NCBI GenBank assembly: GCA_028820795.1
Contig: JAPPHK010000255.1
Span: forward strand, 1 to 45,051
From: Nitrospinota bacterium
Lineage (GTDB): Bacteria > UBA8248
DNA length: 45,051 nucleotides
Direction: 5' to 3'
The notes under the pieces were generated by a model, which saw only the letters and a program-made list of their open reading frames with translations, made no database searches and was not told where the DNA came from. The position numbers and the translations under genes are program-made. This document shows positions 31,452 through 43,084 of this stretch, piece after piece (the first letter of the stretch is position 1; every line of letters starts with the position of its first letter).

Positions 31452-32828
31452 TTATCCATCCTCTTTCGAATCGCCGTCTTCGGCGCGCTCCTCCCCCGCC
31501 TCCTCCTCGGAGTCGCGGGAATGCGCATCGTGGTCGGCGGGATCGTGAACGTCGAATTCCACGTCGGCCTGATCATAGAGCCAACTCACCGTCTTGTTGT
31601 AGTTGATGTTCGAGACGAGCGAGGCCATCGCCCCGGTCGTCAACATCCGCTCGCGAAGTTTCTCGGGCGTCATGCCGTAGCGCGCGGCCGAGATTCTGAT
31701 CTGCGCCTCGACCTCCTCACTACTCGCCTCGATCGACTCGGCTTCGCGGATGCGCTCCACAATGATGAGCTGGCGCACCCGCTCCTCGGCCCGGGGCCTC
31801 ACTTCCTCGCGCAACTCCTCGATCCTGGCTTCCGAAAGCTGAACGTCGGGGTTTTCCTGGCGCAGCCTGCGCTCGTATTCGCGGATCTGCTCATCCGCCT
31901 CCCCCTTGACCAGCGTGGGAGGCACCTCGAAAGGATGCGCTTCGAGCAGAGCGCCCAGCAACTCGGAGATCCCGTGGCCGCGCGCGTTCGCGTCCTCCAT
32001 GGATTCCATCTCTTTGACGACGTCCGCCCGCAGGTCCTCCGTGCTCGTGTAGCCGCGCCCTAAGGATTTCACGAATTCCTCGTCCAGTTCGGGCGGATGC
32101 GCCTCCTTGATCTCCTTCAGATGAAGGTGGAACCGGAGACTCTTGCCCGCGATGTTGGGCGAGGCGCCTTCGGGAACGTCGATGTCGACGTCCGTCTCCT
32201 CGCCTGTCCGCATGCCGGTGAGCGCGTCGCTCAACTCCTTTTCGCTCTCATCGCCCCCGATCATGAGGGCCTGGTTCTCCCCCCGGGTGCCGGGCACGGC
32301 CTCCTCGCCCTCGAAACCCTCGATGTCGAAGAGAACGTAATCTCCCGCCCGGGCCTCCCTGTCCACGTCCTCGAACGTGGCGGCCCGCTGCCGGAGCGCC
32401 TCGATCTGCTGATCGACCATCTCGTCCGTCACCGTTTGGCGCTGGACCTTGAGTTTCAGCCCCTTGTATTCGCCGAGTTCGAAGGGGGGAATGACCTCCA
32501 CCGTCGCCTTGTACGTCAACTCGGGCGCGTCGTCCTCCATATTGATGTCGGTCACGTTCGGCTCGCCCACCGGACGCATACCCTTGTCCGCCAGCAAACT
32601 GCGGTAGGAAGTCGATATGACGTGGTTCAGAACCTCGGCCTGCACCTCCTCGCCGTAGTAGCGCTCGAGTACGCGGCGGGGGATTTTTCCCTTTCTAAAA
32701 CCCTTCATCTTCACGCGCCCCGAGAGCCTCTTGTATGCGCGATCCATCTCGTCGACGACTTCGGCGCGCGGTACGGCGACTTCGAGACGCTTCGTGCAGG
32801 CGTCGATGTCGCTCACTGTGCCGGTCAT
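31452..32828 (-). CDS. tig: Trigger factor
   Basis: 'GFRKGKIPRRVLERYYG' is the ribosome-binding signature. It sits in the conserved tig-clpP-clpX order and has an acidic C-terminal tail. Confidence 0.96.
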   Translation of the reverse strand: MTGTVSDIDACTKRLEVAVPRAEVVDEMDRAYKRLSGRVKMKGFRKGKIPRRVLERYYGEEVQAEVLNHVISTSYRSLLADKGMRPVGEPNVTDINMEDDAPELTYKATVEVIPPFELGEYKGLKLKVQRQTVTDEMVDQQIEALRQRAATFEDVDREARAGDYVLFDIEGFEGEEAVPGTRGENQALMIGGDESEKELSDALTGMRTGEETDVDIDVPEGASPNIAGKSLRFHLHLKEIKEAHPPELDEEFVKSLGRGYTSTEDLRADVVKEMESMEDANARGHGISELLGALLEAHPFEVPPTLVKGEADEQIREYERRLRQENPDVQLSEARIEELREEVRPRAEERVRQLIIVERIREAESIEASSEEVEAQIRISAARYGMTPEKLRERMLTTGAMASLVSNINYNKTVSWLYDQADVEFDVHDPADHDAHSRDSEEEAGEERAEDGDSKEDG

Positions 32829-32890
32829 GCCTTACTCTCCAGAATCGAAACGAAATCAAATAACAACGACTGAAAATAAATCAGGACCAT

Positions 32891-32975
32891 TGGTGCGAAG
32901 GGGGGGACTCGAACCCCCACGCCCGAAGGCACTGGATCCTAAATCCAGCGCGTCTACCAGTTCCGCCACCCTCGC
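32891..32975 (-). tRNA. tRNA-Leu (anticodon UAG), long variable arm, CCA encoded
   Basis: Folded manually. Acceptor GCGAGGG/CCUUCGC, anticodon stem CUGGA/UCCAG with loop UUUAGGA, T stem GGGGG/CCCCC, 85 nt in total. Confidence 0.93.
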
Positions 32976-33152
32976 ATCCCCTTGGCGAACAAAGGCTTAT
33001 ACGCGAAAACCACTCCTGAATCCACCGCCCGCAGAGAGTCCCCCGGGCCGGGATTACGCGCCTCTCAATCTAGCCGCGCACGGGCGGGCCGTCAACGGCG
33101 AAACCACGACGCGGTCATTCATAAGGGCAGAATACGAAAGGGCGGAGGCATA

Positions 33153-36926
<3,774 letters not shown>

Positions 36927-37204
36927 AAGCCGTCCCGAATCAAACGCTTAAAGGTTTGAATCCAACACCAAAGAGTGGTTATAAGCGATTTTGGGGCGCG
37001 AGAAAAGCGCAGAATTTGATGAGGGGATTTTGAGTGCGGCCGCGCGGCGCATGGAATACCGCTACTCCTTTAGTTGCGAGGGGGTATTCTCGTTTGTCGG
37101 CCCTTTAATACACATTCTCTTCACGCAAGCGGAAACGTTGCCTCGCAAGATAGGCGATCTTCAGGGGGGTGTTGGAAAAGCCCTCGTCAGGTCGCAATGG
37201 TTCT

Positions 37205-37649
37205 GTAGGGGTCGCATACATGCGACCCATGGCAGACGGCAAAAAAGCAGGGACGCATATATGCGTCCCCTACACTTGCGCCGCAGACAGGGCCGCCGTC
37301 ATCCCGTAGGGGCGGACCGATGTGTCCGCCCGCCTGTGATATTGGTCGCCAGAGAATTCACGCGGACAGGTCGCGACCTGTCCCTACAAAACCAACCCCC
37401 TGTCCCCTCTTGTCAGGGGGGTAAAACCGATACCTCCGGCGAGGGGTTTTTCAACAGGCCCAAACATGCGTCCCTTTGCTTTTGATCGTCATTCCGGCGA
37501 AAGCCGGAATCCATTCGCGGGTGCGGATGAATACACGGCGGCGTTCATTCCCCGCCGATGCGCGGGAACCCCGACGAAAGGCAAAAGGCGTAAAAAATGG
37601 ATTCCGTCGAACCCTCCCGCCTTGGTCGGCTCCGACACCGGAATGACGG
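37205..37649. repeat. Cluster of at least 7 different REP-like GC-rich hairpins (GTAGGG...CCCTAC type and ATTCCGG/CCGGAAT type)
   Basis: 37205-37228: GTAGGGGTCGCAT-AC-ATGCGACCC. 37249-37273: AGGGACGCATA/TATGCGTCCCCTAC. 37306-37331: GTAGGGGCGGAC-CGATGT-GTCCGCCC. 37364-37387: GGACAGGTCG/CGACCTGTCC-CTAC. 37396-37420: CCCCCTG..CAGGGGG. 37491-37510: ATTCCGGC-GAAA-GCCGGAAT. 37547-37568: TTCCCCGC..GCGCGGGAA. CGTCATTCCGG (37488-37498) is inverted at 37639-37649. Confidence 0.85.
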
Positions 37650-37676
37650 TGAACACTCTCGATGGGGTTTTTCCAA

Positions 37677-38486
37677 CTACCCCCCGCGCTTCACCTCTTC
37701 CTCGATGAAGGCGTAGGCGTTGTGGTCGTGGATGGACTCGAAATTCTCGACCTCCACCTGGAACCACCGGATGCGCTTGTCGTTTCTGAGCAGGAGGGCC
37801 GCCTCGCGCACCACGTCCTCCACGAAGCGGGGGTTGTCGAAAGCCGTCTCGGTGACGAACTTCTCGTCCTCGCGCTTCAGGATCGGATAGAGCGCGCAGC
37901 TTCCCGCGCTCTCGGCGACCTCGACGAGTTCCTCTATCCAGAACTCCCCGTCGAAGCGCACCTTGATGCGCACGTGCCCCCGCTGGTTGTGCGCGCCGCG
38001 CAGGCTGATCTCCTTGGAGCACGGACACAGGGTGGCGATTCGCACCATGATGCTGAGAACAAAGTCGTCCGCCGCGCCGGCGGAGGCCTCGAAGCCGCAT
38101 TCGAGGGCCATCAGCCCCTCCGCGCCCGTCACGGGGGCCGCCTTTTGCATGAAGTAGGGAAAGGTGACGGAGAAATGCGCCGTCTGGGCGTCCAGGCGCT
38201 CGCGGATCGTCTGCAGGAGCGAGGGCACGCTGTCCACGCCGATGGCGTCGGTGTGCTCGTTCAGCACCTCCAGGAAACGGCTCATGTGGGTGCCCTTGAA
38301 GTGGTGCGGCAGGTCCACATACATGTTCACGTTGCCGATGGTGTGCTGGGCGTCCTTCGCCCGGTCCTTCACCACGATGGGGTAGCGGATGTTCTTGACA
38401 CCCACCTTGTCTATCTTGACGTTGCGCTCATCGGAACTCGCCTGCACGTCGGCGAGGTCGGCCGGCTCCGTCGGGAGGCCTGACAT
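37677..38486 (-). CDS. folE2: GTP cyclohydrolase I type 2 (FolE2 / GCYH-IB)
   Basis: 'VGVKNIRYPI.V.D', 'HMSRF.EVL' and 'CPCSKEIS..GAHNQR' are diagnostic FolE2 motifs. Confidence 0.93.
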   Translation of the reverse strand: MSGLPTEPADLADVQASSDERNVKIDKVGVKNIRYPIVVKDRAKDAQHTIGNVNMYVDLPHHFKGTHMSRFLEVLNEHTDAIGVDSVPSLLQTIRERLDAQTAHFSVTFPYFMQKAAPVTGAEGLMALECGFEASAGAADDFVLSIMVRIATLCPCSKEISLRGAHNQRGHVRIKVRFDGEFWIEELVEVAESAGSCALYPILKREDEKFVTETAFDNPRFVEDVVREAALLLRNDKRIRWFQVEVENFESIHDHNAYAFIEEEVKRGG

Positions 38487-38604
38487 CGAATCTCATCCTT
38501 TCCGCTCTGCTTCGCAGAACACTGGTTCAGCGGTTCGTCTTTCGGTCTCAATCTTTTCGGCGCCGCCCCAAGCGCCGAACCGGAAAACTGCGGGGTACCG
38601 CGGT

Positions 38605-38958
38605 CTATCTCTCGGGCTGCTCCTGTCTGATGCGCTCGATCTTGGCCATTTTCTCCGAAACGGCCTCGCCCAAATCGATCCCCCGCGCATTGGCGTAGTT
38701 CATGACGGCGATCATGACATCCGCCGCCTCGTCCGTATAGGCCGCCAAGTCGATTTCGCGGCCCTTCCATTCCTTTTTCTCCAGGTTCGCGAGTTCGCCC
38801 GTCTCGCCCGCAAGTTCCAGGGCGAAAAACCGCGGTTCGCGCTCCGGAAACGCCTCTTCCTGATAGCGCGCGAATTCGCCTTGCAGGGCGCGCAGCCCCT
38901 CGTAGGAGCGCGGCAGCCTGGGAGCGTCCTCGCCATTCACCGGAATCGTCCCCTCCAC
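38605..38958 (-). CDS. MazG-like nucleotide pyrophosphohydrolase (small, single domain)
   Basis: 'LAGETGELAN' and 'EAADVMIAVMNYANARGIDLGEAV.EKM' are MazG EExxE/D-type helices. The listed start is GTG, so the exact start is uncertain. Confidence 0.7.
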   Translation of the reverse strand: MEGTIPVNGEDAPRLPRSYEGLRALQGEFARYQEEAFPEREPRFFALELAGETGELANLEKKEWKGREIDLAAYTDEAADVMIAVMNYANARGIDLGEAVSEKMAKIERIRQEQPER

Positions 38959-39171
38959 GCAAGGCCGGGAGCCGGAAAATTACCGCCGGCGCGCCCTTCG
39001 AGCGCGAGGGCAAAGTTTCTCACCCAGAATCATGGCCGTCAATCGGCGGGCGTGAATCTCGATTGACGCAGGATGCGCCAGATTCTACTCTCTCCGAAAA
39101 GGTCATCATCACTTCTACAACCGAGCGGGCGCCAAGACGCCCCGAAAGCATTCAAACGGAGGGAAGCACCC

Positions 39172-40167
39172 TTGCCCAACATCGATCTGCATCACCACAT
39201 CTACATCCCGGAGGCGGAAGCGCTTGCCGCCAAAGAGCGCGAAAGACGCCCCCAGCACGCCGACAGCTTCGAGGGGTTCTTCCCGCCCGTCTCCTCGCGC
39301 TACAACGCGAAGATGACGGAGGAGAACTGGGCGGTGCAACTCGCAGACGCCGAGCGCAAGCTGAGCGACATGAAGGCGGACAGGCTCGAGATGGCGCTGG
39401 CCTCCCCGCCGCCGCCCACGTTCTATTACTGGATCGGAGGTACTGCGGGCGAGGAGATCATCCAAATCCAGAACGACGGCGTGGTCGATTTCTGCAACCA
39501 AAACGCCGCGCACTTCCGGGGGCTTTGCAACCTGCCCATGCAGAACGGGGGCGAGGCCGCAGCAGCAGAATTAGAGCGCGCGATGGGGCGGGGCCTGCTC
39601 GGCTGCATCATCTCGGATCGCATCGGCTCCCACGCGCTGGACGAGCCCCAGTACGAGGAATTCTGGGCGGCGGCGGAGCGGCTCGGCGCGCTGGTGTTCA
39701 TCCACCCCGATTTCGCGGACTTAAAGGCGCTGTTCCCCTACTACATGGCGAACTGCATCGGCAACCCGCTGTCCACCACGATCGCGGCGACGAGGCTCAT
39801 CCTCTCGGGCCACTTCGAGCGCTACCCGAACCTCCAGCTCCTGCTCGCCCACGCGGGCGGAAACCTCCCCTGGGCGGTCGGGCGCATCCAGCACTGCTGG
39901 AACGTGCGGCCGGAAACCAAGGTCCACACGCCGCATCCGCCGAGGCACTATTTCAAGAACCTCTATTTCGACGTCATCACCTTCAACCCCTCGGCCCTCA
40001 AGTGGATGGTTGAGGAGGTGGGGGCCGACCGCGTCGTGTGCGGCACGGACTACCCCTACGACATGATGCAGGGGCGCGTCGTGGATTACGTGGAAGGAGC
40101 GGGCCTCACCGAAGAGGCGCAGGCGAAAATCCTGCGCGAGACGCCGGCGAGGCTCATGAAACTTTAA
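39172..40167 (+). CDS. Amidohydrolase_2 (ACMSD/decarboxylase-type) family metal-dependent hydrolase
   Basis: 'IDLHHH', 'FIHP', 'LLAHAGG' and 'GTDYPYD' are the metal ligands of the family. TTG 39172 is preferred because GGAGGG lies 8 nt upstream. The ORF is open from ATG 39073. Confidence 0.85.
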   Translation: MPNIDLHHHIYIPEAEALAAKERERRPQHADSFEGFFPPVSSRYNAKMTEENWAVQLADAERKLSDMKADRLEMALASPPPPTFYYWIGGTAGEEIIQIQNDGVVDFCNQNAAHFRGLCNLPMQNGGEAAAAELERAMGRGLLGCIISDRIGSHALDEPQYEEFWAAAERLGALVFIHPDFADLKALFPYYMANCIGNPLSTTIAATRLILSGHFERYPNLQLLLAHAGGNLPWAVGRIQHCWNVRPETKVHTPHPPRHYFKNLYFDVITFNPSALKWMVEEVGADRVVCGTDYPYDMMQGRVVDYVEGAGLTEEAQAKILRETPARLMKL

Positions 40168-40262
40168 GACGTACGCACAGAATTCAGGAGGCATCGAACA
40201 ACGGCAGGAAGCTCATCCGAACAAGATGATTCGCCGAAACCATTTCGAGCGGAGGAATCGAC

Positions 40263-41435
40263 ATGTACCTCGCCACGAGTGACCTCATACTTCCCACCAC
40301 CATCACCGGCTCCCTGCCCCGGCCCGCCTGGTTCCGCCAGAACATCGGGCGCAGGACGTTCCGTGAAGCGATGATCGACGCGGAATTCCGCGAGCAGTAT
40401 CTCGACAACGTCTCCTGCGTCATCCGCGATCAGGAGCGCGCTGGGCTCGACATCGTGACCGACGGCGACGCGCGCTTCGACACGAACGTGGGCGGTCGCG
40501 ACTGGGTGGGCTACATCGTCGACAGGCTGAGCGGCTTTTCGGGCCATGAGACATCGAGGAGCCACGCCACCTGGGGCGGGTCCGTGCCGGGCGAGATCAT
40601 GTTCGAGGTGCTCGAAGCCCGGATGCTGCCCAAGGTCACCTCGAAAGTCGGCGAAGGCCCCCTCGAATACGCGCAGATGTGGCGCAGCGCGCAGGCGATG
40701 ACGGACAAGCCGCTCAAGTTCGGCTCCATCAGCGCGGATTGCGTGGAGTCCATCGTCTCGAACGAGTTCTATGACGACAGGCGCGAGCTCTGCCTCGACC
40801 TGTGCGAGATCATGCACGCCGAATTCCACCGCCTGGCGGACGCGGGCTGCCAGATTTTCCAGGTGGAAGAACCCTGGGTGCACCGCTTCGATTTCCACGC
40901 CGAGGATTCGGAGATGTCGATGGAGTTCTACGTCGAGGCGTTCAACAGGAGCGTGGCGGGCCTGAGGGACAAGCTGGAACTGTGGTGCCACACCTGCTGG
41001 GGCAACCCGGCCCAGCAGCGGTTCTACGAGTCATCCAAGAGCTACGCGCCCGCCCTGGAATACATGAACGAGCTGGACGTGGACGTGCTCACCTTCGAGT
41101 GCGCGAGCACGGGCGGGATGGACCTGGGCGAGATCGGAAAGCGCATCACCAGACCCAAGGTGGCCATCGGCGTCATCAACCACCGGGGGCTGCAGGTGGA
41201 GCGCCCCGCAGAGGTGGCCGCCCTCATCCGCAAGGCGCTCGAGACGATTCCCGCCGAACGGCTGTGCATCTCGACCGACTGCGGCTTCGGGCGCGAGGGC
41301 ATGAGCCGCCGCCACGCGTTCTACAAGATGGTGGCCCTCTCAAGGGGGACGAACATCGTGAAGAAAGAACTCGGCCTGCCCGAAACCTACATCCCCGCGA
41401 GCGACGGCGCGTTCACGCTGAGTGACGAGGATTAG
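40263..41435 (+). CDS. Single-domain MetE-like (cobalamin-independent methionine synthase C-terminal domain / UROD-MetE superfamily) zinc methyltransferase
   Basis: 'LPTTITGSLPRP.W', 'DIVTDGD', 'QVEEP', 'WCHTCWGN' (His-x-Cys) and 'ISTDCGFG' (Cys), so the zinc ligands are retained. SD GGAGGA upstream. Confidence 0.85.
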   Translation: MYLATSDLILPTTITGSLPRPAWFRQNIGRRTFREAMIDAEFREQYLDNVSCVIRDQERAGLDIVTDGDARFDTNVGGRDWVGYIVDRLSGFSGHETSRSHATWGGSVPGEIMFEVLEARMLPKVTSKVGEGPLEYAQMWRSAQAMTDKPLKFGSISADCVESIVSNEFYDDRRELCLDLCEIMHAEFHRLADAGCQIFQVEEPWVHRFDFHAEDSEMSMEFYVEAFNRSVAGLRDKLELWCHTCWGNPAQQRFYESSKSYAPALEYMNELDVDVLTFECASTGGMDLGEIGKRITRPKVAIGVINHRGLQVERPAEVAALIRKALETIPAERLCISTDCGFGREGMSRRHAFYKMVALSRGTNIVKKELGLPETYIPASDGAFTLSDED

Positions 41436-41436
41436 G
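41417..41436 (+). repeat. Left copy of a perfect 20-bp direct repeat, GCTGAGTGACGAGGATTAGG
   Basis: Identical 20-mer at 44837-44856. The copies diverge immediately on both sides. This copy holds the last codons and the TAG of the MetE-like gene. Confidence 0.95.
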
Positions 41437-41456
41437 GGCGGAGTCGCTTTAGAGTG

Positions 41457-41484
41457 GTAGGGACAGGTCGCAACCCGTCCCTAC
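41457..41484. repeat. REP-like hairpin, same family as 37364-37387
   Basis: GTAGGGACAGGTCGCAACCCGTCCCTAC followed by AAA, compared with GGACAGGTCGCGACCTGTCCCTAC followed by AAA in the metH-folE2 spacer. Confidence 0.85.
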
Positions 41485-41564
41485 AAAGCAGCATCGCCCC
41501 TTCTCGGCGAAAATGGCTCACGTGAAATGTGCTATAGTTTCGGTAAAGCGGGAAGGAGGCCGCT

Positions 41565-41828
41565 ATGAAACCGACGAGAGAACAAAAAGAGCGGGAAATC
41601 GACGACAACCTCGAATTCTTCCTGGCGGAGCTTCCCCGCCTCAAGCAGCAGCACTTCGGCAAATTCGCGCTTCTCAGGAACAAGGAGCTGGTCGCGGTTT
41701 TCGACACGGCCGAGGATGCGCAGACCGCGGGCGCCCGATTTTTTAAGGACGGGCTCTTTTCGATCCAGAAAATCGACGACACGCCCGCCAATCTGGGCTC
41801 CTATTCCTATGCCGTGCATCTGGGGTAA
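41565..41828 (+). CDS. Small hypothetical protein (87 aa), first gene of a two-gene overlapping module
   Basis: SD GGAAGGAGG lies 5 nt upstream of ATG 41565. Host-like GC. The 3' end overlaps the next ORF's ATG (41809) by 20 nt. Confidence 0.65.
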   Translation: MKPTREQKEREIDDNLEFFLAELPRLKQQHFGKFALLRNKELVAVFDTAEDAQTAGARFFKDGLFSIQKIDDTPANLGSYSYAVHLG

Positions 41829-41997
41829 GCACGACAGAAACCAGGTGTTTCTGGACGTCAAGATTTTGTCGCTGGAGGATGTCGTTCATCTGCGGGCCGG
41901 AACAGGCGAGAAAACCCTACGCCCCTTCAAGGCGCTGGTGGACAAACCTATTGTGCATAGATTTTTATCTTATCTCTCTTCGAGAAGTGTTTTTTAG
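41809..41997 (+). pseudogene. Truncated retropepsin-like (clan AA aspartic protease-like) ORF, interrupted right after '...FKALVD'
   Basis: 'MPCIWGKHDRNQVFLDVKIL....RPFKALVD' fits the N-terminus of small bacterial retropepsin-like proteins up to the point where D-T/S-G-A is expected. From about 41944 the composition becomes AT-rich and the frame reads unrelated 'KPIVHRFLSYLSSRSVF*'. Confidence 0.5.
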
Positions 41998-42019
41998 GGC
42001 AGTGGATCAAAGTTTAAAA

Positions 42020-42445
42020 TTAGGTGGGATCAAACGTGAATATATCTGCCATGGATAGCGCACGTCGAAATTCTTTTTCACCTGATTTATCATCCAAATC
42101 TTTAGTAATTTCTAAATTGATATGAGCATACGCCCATTTTTCCCAAGGTTCTTTTATATCATCTGGACGCCATACGATTTGAATGCAGAACGCAAACTTT
42201 TCCTTCACCTTTTCTACGATGATCAGATAATCTTCCGCTTTGCAGTGTGCCTGCCTAGAATCGTAAAACTCCTCAATTTGCAGTTCGACCATTTCTACAT
42301 CATTCTCTTCCAGCTTAGTTACACTCCAGGCAGATAGTGTTCTTTTATTGAATTTGAACGCACTAGCCCTAGGTCTGGATTCTGCGTCACTCCAGTCGTC
42401 TGGCCGAATGAATCTACACAGGATTTCTTGCAGAGGGACTTTCAT
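42020..42445 (-). CDS. Operon gene C: unknown protein, 141 aa
   Basis: ATG 42445 lies 3 nt after the TAA of gene B. AT-rich codon usage. No motif I can assign. Confidence 0.75.
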   Translation of the reverse strand: MKVPLQEILCRFIRPDDWSDAESRPRASAFKFNKRTLSAWSVTKLEENDVEMVELQIEEFYDSRQAHCKAEDYLIIVEKVKEKFAFCIQIVWRPDDIKEPWEKWAYAHINLEITKDLDDKSGEKEFRRALSMADIFTFDPT

Positions 42446-42448
42446 TTC

Positions 42449-43084
42449 TTATTGTTTTAATATCTCAATAAATTCGCTGGCCGTTGCGTCCATCATTCGA
42501 TCTAAGAATTTGTTTTCAGAATCGTAAATGCTCATATCTATTTTCCCACACACTTCCATTTCAGCCATGATTAAGCGACCATCTCGCAATCTAAAATCAA
42601 AAGAAAGTTCTCCGTCAAAATCCATTACCATATCTGGGTGTTCAACCGATTCGATCATTGCCTTGGCGATTCTAATTGCATTTTCAACGATCTCATTAGA
42701 AGGTTTATTGCCTTCGACACCATTCCGAAATTTAAACAGTTCATCCCGGATCTTATTGTTTGGAACAGACATTATTTGATTTATGTTCTCTTCAATGCCT
42801 GGAAATCGTATTGATATTGAGGCGCACTCATTGGAGTCAACGACATAAACTATTTTGGGTTCCGGGAGAAAGAATCCATGCTGTCTGCGGTCATCCAAGT
42901 TGGGACTAACTGTAAAAATGCACCATCCCCTAGAAGAATCCTTGGAGAACACCATCGGTGTCGCTCTAGATCTGTTGTTCCACCGATGGTGTTCTCCAAG
43001 GATTCTTTCTTGTGGTGAATTGTGCGATTCCCTTATGAAATTTGCGGTATCTTGTATATGTTTATTTGGGGCGGTCAGGGCCAT
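42449..43084 (-). CDS. Operon gene B: unknown protein, 211 aa
   Basis: ATG 43084 (a TTG at 43087 is also in frame) lies 23 nt inside the 3' end of gene A, with GGAG 9 nt upstream. No motif I can assign. Confidence 0.75.
   Translation of the reverse strand: MALTAPNKHIQDTANFIRESHNSPQERILGEHHRWNNRSRATPMVFSKDSSRGWCIFTVSPNLDDRRQHGFFLPEPKIVYVVDSNECASISIRFPGIEENINQIMSVPNNKIRDELFKFRNGVEGNKPSNEIVENAIRIAKAMIESVEHPDMVMDFDGELSFDFRLRDGRLIMAEMEVCGKIDMSIYDSENKFLDRMMDATASEFIEILKQ

Noticed and set aside
36927-37190. Riboswitch (SAH, SAM or cobalamin) in the metH leader
   Set aside because: I could not recognise any conserved riboswitch core by eye. MetH genes are not normally under B12 riboswitches. This needs an Rfam scan to settle.
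37205-37649. Possible CRISPR array
   Set aside because: The hairpins differ from one another in sequence and are irregularly spaced. There is no repeat-spacer periodicity and there are no cas genes in the window.
36991-37708. ORFs 36991..37485 (164 aa) and 37466..37708 (80 aa) in the folE2-metH spacer
   Set aside because: They are translations of the palindromic REP-like hairpins (for example 'RGRIHATH' and 'SGESRNPFAG'). They have no SD and no coherent protein-like sequence.
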